IMG/VR virus record: IMGVR_UViG_3300044941_000368
Location: 1 to 41,104 of that record
Length of the DNA: 41,104 nt
Direction: 5' to 3' (one strand)
Source: a virus
Taxonomy: Duplodnaviria; Caudoviricetes
Each line of letters starts with the position of its first letter. Within the stretch, counting starts at the first letter, position 1. The notes below the pieces were generated by a model, which had not been told where the DNA came from, made no database searches, and saw nothing but the letters and a program-made list of their open reading frames with translations. Of this stretch, positions 1-7,203 are shown piece after piece. A program made the position numbers and the translations under genes.

Positions 1-10
1 ATAAAAGCCA

Positions 11-643
11 TTAATCAACTCCAAAGAATCTAACGCTGCCATTAGGGTAGAATTGTAGGGTATTTTCAGAGGGGTTGTTAAGGTCTATCCCGTTTAAAGA
101 TTTGGCTATTTCTAGCAATGTACCATTACATGCTACATAACTTCTCTGGATGTATTTTTGCATACGCTCCAATGTGGACAAAGGAAATGTTATCTTATTG
201 ATTCGTAAGTGCCTGCTTAATGTATCTTGGAAAAATGTTGTGCTAGCGTCAAATTCAACCCCACCGACTTTTAAACCCTCTTCTGTCACGCTTACGTTCG
301 TGAAAACAACAGCTTGGCAAATTGTAAAGTCGAAAGACTCAATTAGTTCCTGCGGCATCGTAAAGTGTCTGCCTTTGATAACCTGAAACCAACGCTCTTT
401 ATAGGTATAGTTGGCAATCTGATCGTTTTCGTTTATAAGCTTGCCTTTTTCCTTAAAAAACTTGATTAGCTCATCCTCCGACTGCTTGTTAGTGGTGAAC
501 ATGTCGATATCCTTGATCTCTGCGTTGGACAAATAGTCTCTGATGGCACCCCCAGCGATAAAGACATTGGGACGAAGAGTTTCGGGAAGTTCCTCAAGGA
601 TAAGTTTTTGATAGTGATATTTAAGTTTGTCAACGTTTTTCAT
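11..643 (-). CDS. Pol-beta superfamily nucleotidyltransferase (tRNA nucleotidyltransferase/poly(A) polymerase head-like)
   Basis: Motifs FIAGGAIRDYL...KDIDMF and SFDFTICQ. Start moved from 670 to ATG 643, which follows the SD AAGGAG. Confidence 0.8.
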   Translation of the reverse strand: MKNVDKLKYHYQKLILEELPETLRPNVFIAGGAIRDYLSNAEIKDIDMFTTNKQSEDELIKFFKEKGKLINENDQIANYTYKERWFQVIKGRHFTMPQELIESFDFTICQAVVFTNVSVTEEGLKVGGVEFDASTTFFQDTLSRHLRINKITFPLSTLERMQKYIQRSYVACNGTLLEIAKSLNGIDLNNPSENTLQFYPNGSVRFFGVD

Positions 644-660
644 AAAACTCCTTTTTAAAT

Positions 661-689
661 CTTTTATCATGAATACTAAATCGTGTCAA
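661..689 (-). promoter_or_regulatory. Putative sigma70-type promoter for the nucleotidyltransferase gene
   Basis: Minus strand reads TTGACA-17 nt-TAAAAG with TGn before the -10 box. Confidence 0.5.
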
Positions 690-708
690 CACCATGGTAT
701 ATATTATT

Positions 709-786
709 GTGACAATACCCTGCCTCCTTTGGGTATTTTCGCTTCTACCCCCCTAAAGGCCCCTTAATTGGGGCTTTTCTTTTTTT
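709..786 (+). ncRNA. Candidate small RNA with an anti-SD loop
   Basis: TGGTATAT extended -10 at 695-702; hairpin AATACCC(714-720)/GGGTATT(731-737) with loop TGCCTCCTTT; ends at an intrinsic terminator; no ORF. Confidence 0.45.
755..786 (+). terminator. Rho-independent terminator
   Basis: AAAGGCCCC-TTAATT-GGGGCTTTT followed by a long T tract. Confidence 0.8.
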
Positions 787-848
787 CTAAAATCGTGGTA
801 TATTGAAATATAGATGAGTTGCAATTAAAAACACACTGGAATAGACAA

Positions 849-1091
849 ATGACATTTACGCTTTATAAATGGCGAAATAAAAAGAATGAGTCTGAATTTA
901 ACAGCCCTGTCTTTTATTTAAGGAATGGGGTTGCAGTTGAGTTTTGGGGGTTTGGGTTTGAGTTTTCTTTTAACAAACTACACATTACCTTGTCTTTGTT
1001 CTCGCCCAACGCTATGTATGAAGCACAGTTTATTTTTAACAAAAAATATAACACATTTAAAGATAATATTTTGTTTGAGAAAACGTGGTAA
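849..1091 (+). CDS. Hypothetical protein
   Basis: ORF downstream of TGGTATATT (796-804); start uncertain. Confidence 0.5.
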   Translation: MTFTLYKWRNKKNESEFNSPVFYLRNGVAVEFWGFGFEFSFNKLHITLSLFSPNAMYEAQFIFNKKYNTFKDNILFEKTW

Positions 1092-1101
1092 ATATAAACA
1101 C

Positions 1102-1290
1102 ACCCTTATTTCTCTCCTGAGCGTTAGGATGTAGGGTTGGAAAGGCGACCGATAGCCAAAATGTTTCTAGAGCATTAAGTCGGTGACAGTTGTGGAGAGA
1201 CACAGCACTTGTCAGTAGCTATGCTACTGGTGTTCCTTAGGTGCTCTGGCTTGCGGGACGAAGTTAAATGGCTCAGATAAGAGCAGCAGC
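1102..1290 (+). ncRNA. Candidate structured non-coding RNA
   Basis: GC-richer intergenic block with several stems: ACCCT/AGGGT, ACCGAT/GTCGGT, GTTGTG-GAGAGA-CACAGC, CAGTAGC-TAT-GCTACTG, TGCTCT/AGAGCA. TGGTAAAT lies just upstream. Confidence 0.45.
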
Positions 1291-1319
1291 CTATTTATTT
1301 TTATAAGGGGCCACACAAA

Positions 1320-1700
1320 ATGAAAAAAACATACGAAATCATTGTTGATGACGCATACTTCAATGAGCCAGAAGACTACCTCAAATACCTAATGTGTGAA
1401 AATATAATTGTTGTAAACAATGGCTGGTGGAACAAGGAATGGTCTAAAGATAAAATAACACTCTCCGTTATATGCAACGACGTTTTTGCTTGGGGGTGTT
1501 CGGATGCTGAGGACATAAATTATTCTGATTTAGAGCCTTTAGCCAAAGCTCACCTCAAAGACCCCACTTGGGGCGTAGTTGCTTGGTGCATTAAAAAAAG
1601 AAAACAAATGCCTCAAAAGCCAATTGTTGACAAAATGACAAAAGCAGGCTATAATTTAGAAGAGCTAATTGGCGAAGAAAGGGGGAAAAATGAAAAATAA
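1320..1700 (+). CDS. Hypothetical phage protein
   Basis: 126-aa ORF with SD AAGGGG; motif CNDVFAWGCSDAE. Confidence 0.8.
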   Translation: MKKTYEIIVDDAYFNEPEDYLKYLMCENIIVVNNGWWNKEWSKDKITLSVICNDVFAWGCSDAEDINYSDLEPLAKAHLKDPTWGVVAWCIKKRKQMPQKPIVDKMTKAGYNLEELIGEERGKNEK

Positions 1701-1992
1701 ACAAAACCACAAAATTTCTCTTTTAGAGCTGGTAACTGGCACAGTGATTATTGCTGCTAAATGTATTAGAGATTTGTTGTCTGTGGTATTAACGTGTTAC
1801 GTGCTTCCACTTATTATATGTCGTCTTGCCTACTATTTTGACTTTTTGCCATTTATTAATGATGCGGATTTTTTTAAAGCTGTATCCGTTACCCCACTCC
1901 TTAACATTGGAGGGGCTGTGTACATAGTTGTTGCAGCCATTTTAGCATTGCCATTTGTAGTTATAGAGTGGTTGGTAAATTTAATTTATTGA
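1690..1992 (+). CDS. Hypothetical membrane protein
   Basis: Hydrophobic segments; SD AGGGGG before ATG 1690. Confidence 0.7.
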   Translation: MKNKQNHKISLLELVTGTVIIAAKCIRDLLSVVLTCYVLPLIICRLAYYFDFLPFINDADFFKAVSVTPLLNIGGAVYIVVAAILALPFVVIEWLVNLIY

Positions 1993-2016
1993 GATAGGTT
2001 GAGGAGACAAACACAA

Positions 2017-2190
2017 ATGACAAGTAAGAAAATGCTCGGATCTCTATTACTACTGACGGTATTTGTGATTGTATTTCTTTATTTGATATGGTTGCGTGGA
2101 ATTTGGATCGCTCTAGGTTGCGCTGGTGTCACAATTCTGACCACCGATCTTATTATGATTGCAATTGATATGTTGACGGAGAAAAAGTGA
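2017..2190 (+). CDS. Small two-TM membrane protein
   Basis: SD GAGGAG; two hydrophobic helices. Confidence 0.7.
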   Translation: MTSKKMLGSLLLLTVFVIVFLYLIWLRGIWIALGCAGVTILTTDLIMIAIDMLTEKK

Positions 2191-2399
2191 TTCAAAATAC
2201 TTATAAAAGAATCGTAAAAGACGGTAAATTTTGTATTGAATATTTTGAAACGCATATCGGTAAGAGTAGGATTATTTTTGAATCCAAAAGTGAGATAGAG
2301 ACGATGCGTAGATATAAGAGATTGAAGGAGCTGGAAGAGTACGAAAATAGTTTGTGGGATGAGTTTTTTGTAAAACAAGAGGAAAATGAAGAATGGTAA
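2187..2399 (+). CDS. Hypothetical protein
   Basis: GTGA overlap with the previous stop; SD GGAG. Confidence 0.65.
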   Translation: MIQNTYKRIVKDGKFCIEYFETHIGKSRIIFESKSEIETMRRYKRLKELEEYENSLWDEFFVKQEENEEW

Positions 2400-2467
2400 A
2401 ATTTATAGTGAATTATATATCAAGCGACGATAGAATAAAAGAGCCGACTTGAAACAAGGAGAACAAA

Positions 2468-2632
2468 ATGAGTGAAGTGCTTTATTCCCCCAAACACAAT
2501 GAGATTTTTATATTCACAGGATGCTTTAGCTACGACGATAAAAAGAAAACCATGACTTTGTATGTTTTCTCGGGCAAAAAAGGTTATGCCACTATTAAGG
2601 CTAAAGACCTCGTTCATATAGGATGGCTATAA
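2468..2632 (+). CDS. Small hypothetical protein (54 aa, MSEVLYSPK...HIGWL; not in ORF track)
   Basis: SD AAGGAG before ATG 2468; translated by hand. Confidence 0.65.
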   Translation: MSEVLYSPKHNEIFIFTGCFSYDDKKKTMTLYVFSGKKGYATIKAKDLVHIGWL

Positions 2633-2988
2633 GCCAGACAAAAGAACAAACGATTGACGATTGGGATAGCATGGAAACACCAGACAAGTGGGTAATTTTA
2701 AAATTAAACAGCAACGGCAAAACCCTCTTTAAGGTACTGGCTGGGTGGTCGGGTTCTTATTTAAAGGGGCAGAGCTGGAGGATTAATAGCGGGATTGTTA
2801 AGGTAGAGTCTAACGACGACCACTATTTGTTTTATGGTCATTCTGGCTCTGTTTACAAATGCAGAAAAACATGTTATGGTATGAATGCGATTATGTCAAG
2901 CATTGCAGCTAATTTTGAAGGCAATCCTGACATAAAGATCATGGCTGAACAAGATTTCAGTAATTTGATGGGGGCGGTAGATGGGTAA
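2623..2988 (+). CDS. Conserved-type phage hypothetical protein
   Basis: PDKWVIL...KVLAGWSGSYL.GQSWRINSGI...GHSGSVYKC pattern; start may be 2671. Confidence 0.75.
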   Translation: MAISQTKEQTIDDWDSMETPDKWVILKLNSNGKTLFKVLAGWSGSYLKGQSWRINSGIVKVESNDDHYLFYGHSGSVYKCRKTCYGMNAIMSSIAANFEGNPDIKIMAEQDFSNLMGAVDG

Positions 2989-3829
2989 AGATAACGGCTA
3001 TTCTGATAGCAAAGCAGACTCACAAGGCTCTAGGATCAAAGAGCTTGAAACGGAAAATCAACAGCTTAAGCAAATTATTAAGGAAACATTGCCGTTAGCT
3101 AGAGAATACGCTCACAAGAGATCCACATTTGCACCTACAATCGTTAATGAAGCCATTGATAAAGCATTAAAGCTTGGTGTAAATTTATGGAATGGACTGG
3201 CTCCCAAGTACGCTGATGACGGTGACTTTGGCAAATGGAACCCAATCGTTGGAAAGTTCGTGGAAGAAGAATGGGTTGAAAATCAACCTGTCGATGTCCG
3301 CATAGATATGGCTTCTAACCCTAACCTTGATCCAAAACTCCATGAAAGATTGGTTGGGGATAAGAATTGGCGTGTTCGTGAAGCGATAGCTTATAACCCT
3401 AACCTTGATCCAAAACTCCATGAAAGATTGGTTGGGGATAAAAAGAGCAATGTTCGTGTAGCAATAGCCTCTAACCCAAACCTAGACCCTAAATTTCATG
3501 AAAAGTTAGTTAACGATAAACATTGGGGTGTTCGTATAGCAATTGCCCGTGCCCTTAACCTTGACCCAAAATTCTATGAGAGATTGGTTAGAGATAAGGA
3601 TTGGGGTGTTCGTAGAACAATAGCCTCTAACCCAAACCTTGACCCTAAATATTACGAAAGATTGGTTGAGGATGAGAATTGGGGTGTTCGCGCAGGAATA
3701 GCTTCTAACCCTAACCTTGATCCAAAATACTTTGAAATATTGCTTAAAGATAGTGATCCAGCCGTTCGTATAACAATAAAAAAGAATCCTAGTTATATTA
3801 AATTTGCCAATTTAAAAAATAAAGGTTAG
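2981..3829 (+). CDS. Hypothetical N-terminal domain fused to six 26-aa HEAT/LRV-like repeats
   Basis: About 100-aa non-repeat N-terminus, then NPNLDPKxHERLVxDxxxxVRxAIAx units, the last being a cap ending NPSYIK. Confidence 0.85.
   Translation: MGKDNGYSDSKADSQGSRIKELETENQQLKQIIKETLPLAREYAHKRSTFAPTIVNEAIDKALKLGVNLWNGLAPKYADDGDFGKWNPIVGKFVEEEWVENQPVDVRIDMASNPNLDPKLHERLVGDKNWRVREAIAYNPNLDPKLHERLVGDKKSNVRVAIASNPNLDPKFHEKLVNDKHWGVRIAIARALNLDPKFYERLVRDKDWGVRRTIASNPNLDPKYYERLVEDENWGVRAGIASNPNLDPKYFEILLKDSDPAVRITIKKNPSYIKFANLKNKG
3317..3805 (+). repeat. 78-bp coding repeat array 1 (5 units + cap)
   Basis: AACCCTAACCTTGATCC at 3317 and 3395 gives a 78-nt period. Confidence 0.95.
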
Positions 3830-3853
3830 AATTAGAAACATATATTAAATTTT

Positions 3854-5686
3854 ATGGTAAATTTAACTAAAAAACATCAAGAACATATTAATTGGACTAA
3901 AAAACTTCCTAACTCTAATTGGCAACTTTGGGCAACAAGACACTTTAAAAATAAACCAGAAGATTTTACTCCAGAAATAAAACAAAAAATTGAACATTAT
4001 GCTGGAAGTTTTCATATCCCAGAAATTTCAAAGGTTCGTTTTGAAAAACATCATAATTTGCATTTTGGCCTCCAAATGCTTGAAAATGCTGAAAAACAGT
4101 ACAACGATAGAATAAAAAATAACTTAAATATTTTAAAACCTACTCCCGAAACCATTAAGTTCGTACAAGGAGTCGAAAAACCAAATAGACATTGGTTTAA
4201 CTTAAGTAAAAGTTCTTGTGTGGACGAAGGAAAAGCGATGGGACATTGCGGAAATGTTCCTTTAAAAGTTAAAGGGGATGAAATATTGTCTTTTAGAACT
4301 GAACATAAAATTGGGGATAAAACCTACCATGAACCTCATCTAACATTTATTTATAATCAAGGTTTCCTTGGAGAAATGAAAGGTAGAGGAAATGAAAAAC
4401 CAGCCAAACATTATCACCGTGAAATCGCTAACTTATTAAAAGATCCTAGGATTAAGGGTGTGATGGGTGGAGGATACGAACACAAAAATAATTTTCATTT
4501 CACTGATTTATCTCCAGAATTACAACAGGAAGTTTTAAAAGCAAATCCAAACCTAATTACTATGGATGACAGTGATGAGGATTTGCATAGAATTTTGTAT
4601 GGAAATGTTACTTTTCCAGAAAAATATAAAGATATTTTAAAAGCAATTGTTTTTAATCCAAATTTAGATCCAAAACATCATGAAAGATTGGTTGAAGATA
4701 GTAGAGTGTATGTTCGTGAAGCAATAGCCTCTAACTCCAATCTTGACCCGAAATTCTATGAAAGATTGGTTAATGATAAACACTGGGCTGTTCGTATAGC
4801 AATTGCCCGTAACCCAAATTTAGACCCAAAACATCATGAAAGGTTGGTTGATGATAAGGATTCGGATGTTCGTAAAACAATAGCTTCTAACCCCAACCTT
4901 GATCCAGAATTCCATGAAAGATTGGTTAATGATGAAGTTTGGAATGTTCGCGCAGCAACAGCTCTTAACCCCAACCTTAACCCCAAATTCCATGAAAGAT
5001 TGGTTGAGGATAAAGAGGATAGTGTTCGTCAAGCAATAGCTTCTAACTCAAACTTAGACCCAAAACTCCAAGAAAAATTAGTTGGGGATGAAAATAAATA
5101 TGTTCGAGCAATAATGGCTCTTAACTCAAACTTAGACCCAAAATTCCATGAAAGATTGGTTGAAGATAAAAAGGAAAATGTTCGTGCAGCAATAGCTTCT
5201 AACCCAAATCTGGATCTAAAATTTCATGAAAGGTTGGTTAATGATGAGGATTGGAATGTTCGCACAGCAATAGCTTTTAACCCCAACATTGATCCAAAAT
5301 TATATGAAAGGTTGATTGAGGATGGTGATTGGAGTATTCGTTCAGCAATAGCCTCTAACCCTAACCTTGATCCTAAATACTTTGAAAGATTGCTTAAAGA
5401 TAGCGAGCCAATTGTTCGCCAAGAGATAAAAAATAATCCTAGTTATATTAAATGGAAAAAGGAGTGGAAAATGACTAAAGAAGAATTTGCAGAAAAGGTT
5501 TTAAAAAGTCCAAAAAATACTGTTTTTGTTAATACAGATCAGGTGTTGAATGCTATTGAGGTTTTTACTGATCTTGGCATGCTACCCCCTTTGACTAGAG
5601 CTTTGCCTGAAGATTTCTCAAATACAGGGTTTGACCAAGATTTTTTAGATGAACATGAGTTTCAAGTTAATAGGTGGGAGGAATAA
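3854..5686 (+). CDS. PcfJ-like domain + ten HEAT/LRV-like repeats + C-terminal domain that looks like a separate fused gene
   Basis: EGKAMGHCG...ILSFR...PHLTF...EMKGRGNEKP resembles PcfJ-like domains; repeats at 4655-5455; internal SD GGAG + ATG at 5471. Confidence 0.8.
   Translation: MVNLTKKHQEHINWTKKLPNSNWQLWATRHFKNKPEDFTPEIKQKIEHYAGSFHIPEISKVRFEKHHNLHFGLQMLENAEKQYNDRIKNNLNILKPTPETIKFVQGVEKPNRHWFNLSKSSCVDEGKAMGHCGNVPLKVKGDEILSFRTEHKIGDKTYHEPHLTFIYNQGFLGEMKGRGNEKPAKHYHREIANLLKDPRIKGVMGGGYEHKNNFHFTDLSPELQQEVLKANPNLITMDDSDEDLHRILYGNVTFPEKYKDILKAIVFNPNLDPKHHERLVEDSRVYVREAIASNSNLDPKFYERLVNDKHWAVRIAIARNPNLDPKHHERLVDDKDSDVRKTIASNPNLDPEFHERLVNDEVWNVRAATALNPNLNPKFHERLVEDKEDSVRQAIASNSNLDPKLQEKLVGDENKYVRAIMALNSNLDPKFHERLVEDKKENVRAAIASNPNLDLKFHERLVNDEDWNVRTAIAFNPNIDPKLYERLIEDGDWSIRSAIASNPNLDPKYFERLLKDSEPIVRQEIKNNPSYIKWKKEWKMTKEEFAEKVLKSPKNTVFVNTDQVLNAIEVFTDLGMLPPLTRALPEDFSNTGFDQDFLDEHEFQVNRWEE
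4655..5455 (+). repeat. 78-bp coding repeat array 2 (9 units + cap)
   Basis: Ten consecutive 26-aa units in the translation. Confidence 0.95.
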
Positions 5687-6039
5687 TGAAATATTACGAT
5701 AAAACCAAAAGAAAGCCCACGGCTTTAGTCGTGGGAGCTGTCAGGAAATTGTTCTTTGCAAAACTATGGGAATTTATTTTTGGGTATGATCATCGAAGAT
5801 GGTTCCCAGAGAAATGGGACTTATCTGAAGTTTTTATTTGGAAAGAATATGGTAAAAACGAAGGATTCGTGAGATATTATAAAAGCTCAGACAGATATTT
5901 AAAATTTGTCAACGGTGTTGACATTAAATTTTACGAAAATACTTTTAAAGTAAAATATATCGTCGGATATACTAGGACTGGAATCTGTAGTATCGGGGTT
6001 AATAAAAATAGATTAATGGGACTCGTACATGACAAATAA
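5686..6039 (+). CDS. Hypothetical protein whose 5' end contains an IS-end-like hairpin
   Basis: SD GGAGG and TAATG coupling at 5686; residues KPTALVVG are encoded by the hairpin. Confidence 0.6.
   Translation: MKYYDKTKRKPTALVVGAVRKLFFAKLWEFIFGYDHRRWFPEKWDLSEVFIWKEYGKNEGFVRYYKSSDRYLKFVNGVDIKFYENTFKVKYIVGYTRTGICSIGVNKNRLMGLVHDK
5698..5743 (+). mobile_element. IS200/IS605-family end-like hairpin remnant, copy 1
   Basis: GATAAAACCAAAAGAAAG-CCCACGGC-TTTA-GTCGTGGG-AGCTGTCA; first 40 nt identical to 6148-6187; no tnpA/tnpB in the window. Confidence 0.7.
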
Positions 6040-6178
6040 AAAGTTAATTATAAACTCCTTTTCGGAATGTCCTCATTTTGATAATGAATATTGGCATTAT
6101 AGTCAAATATGTGAAAAGTTAAATAAAGAAAACAAGCAATATCTTAAGATAAAACCAAAAGAAAGCCCACGGCTTTAG
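6029..6178 (+). pseudogene. Short ORF (49 aa) apparently truncated by the second hairpin
   Basis: MTNKKLIINSFSECPHFDNEYW... ends at a TAG inside the hairpin. Confidence 0.4.
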
Positions 6179-6194
6179 TCGTGGGAGTATGTCA
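6148..6194 (+). mobile_element. IS200/IS605-family end-like hairpin remnant, copy 2
   Basis: Same 40 nt as copy 1, 450 nt downstream, ending TATGTCA. Confidence 0.7.
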
Positions 6195-6210
6195 ATGATT
6201 TGTTTTGAGA

Positions 6211-6239
6211 TTGACTTAAACGGGGAACGGTTGTATAAA
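6211..6239 (+). promoter_or_regulatory. Sigma70-type promoter
   Basis: TTGACT-17 nt-TATAAA upstream of SD GGAG/ATG 6283. Confidence 0.65.
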
Positions 6240-6282
6240 AGAATAAAGATTGAAAACCCAAATACAAAAGTGGAGATTGTTA

Positions 6283-6591
6283 ATGAAACCATACGCAAGT
6301 CTTAACATTGAAACAGCAGGCCTAAATTCAAAATCACATGAAAGGTTGGTTAATGATGAGTCATGGCATGTTCGTAAAGCAATAGCTTCTAATCCTAACT
6401 TAGACCCTAAATTCCATGAAAGATTGGTTGGGGATGAAGATAAATATGTTCGCGCAGCAATAGCCTCTAACCCTAACCTTGATCCTAAATACTTTGAAAG
6501 ATTGCTTGAAGATAGCGAGCCAATTGTTCGCCAAGAGATAAAAAATAATCCTAGTTATATTAAATGGAAAGAGGGGCAGAAAAATGACTAA
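6283..6591 (+). CDS. Chimeric short repeat protein: exonuclease-like first 18 aa + HEAT/LRV-like repeat array 3
   Basis: MKPYASLNIETAGLNSKS versus MKPYISLDIETTGLDPKS of the next gene, then about 3 repeat units including the cap. Confidence 0.8.
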   Translation: MKPYASLNIETAGLNSKSHERLVNDESWHVRKAIASNPNLDPKFHERLVGDEDKYVRAAIASNPNLDPKYFERLLEDSEPIVRQEIKNNPSYIKWKEGQKND

Positions 6592-6627
6592 GGCTTTGCC
6601 TAAATACATTTTATCAGGAGAAATTTA

Positions 6628-7203
6628 ATGAAACCTTACATAAGTCTTGACATTGAAACAACAGGCCTAGACCCAAAATCACAAATACTTCAGATTGCTA
6701 TGGTCTATGATGATTTTAAAACGCCAATCGATCAGCTACCAACATTTAACAAAAAGATTTTTTACGAATCTTTCTCACATGCCGAACCATACGCTCTCAT
6801 GATGAATGCTAAATTGATTCAGGAAATGTCAAAGGGTTACGGTAAGCTCGGAGACGATTGGATTCATAGCGAATATGCAATTGGCTATGTTATTGATTTC
6901 ATGATAAAATTCACAAAAGACAAAAAGGATAGGATTGTTTTTGCGGGAAAAAATGTTGCTTCTTTTGACATTCCAATGATTCGCCAAATGGCTGCCAAAC
7001 AGGGTGATGAGGGTATTTTTAACGACCTTTGTCACTATAAAACAATCGACGTTGGATCTCTCTATTTTGATGTATTTAAAGAGAATGTTAGCCTAAGTAA
7101 GATTAATGAATTGACAGGAAGAAAGCCAGTAAGCCACGATGCTTTGGACGATGCCATGGATGTGGTATATGCCATTAGGCATAAGTTGGGAGTTAAAGTA
7201 TGA
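6628..7203 (+). CDS. DnaQ-like DEDDh 3'-5' exonuclease
   Basis: ExoI SLDIETTG, ExoII NVASFD, ExoIII HDALDDA; SD AGGAG. Confidence 0.9.
   Translation: MKPYISLDIETTGLDPKSQILQIAMVYDDFKTPIDQLPTFNKKIFYESFSHAEPYALMMNAKLIQEMSKGYGKLGDDWIHSEYAIGYVIDFMIKFTKDKKDRIVFAGKNVASFDIPMIRQMAAKQGDEGIFNDLCHYKTIDVGSLYFDVFKENVSLSKINELTGRKPVSHDALDDAMDVVYAIRHKLGVKV

Noticed and set aside
1102-1290. tRNA or hammerhead ribozyme
   Set aside because: No TTC-type T-loop or cloverleaf, and no CUGANGA...GAAA core found.
5698-6194. CRISPR array or mini-array
   Set aside because: Only two copies, separated by about 410 nt rather than a spacer-sized gap; the hairpin resembles IS200/IS605 ends; no cas genes.
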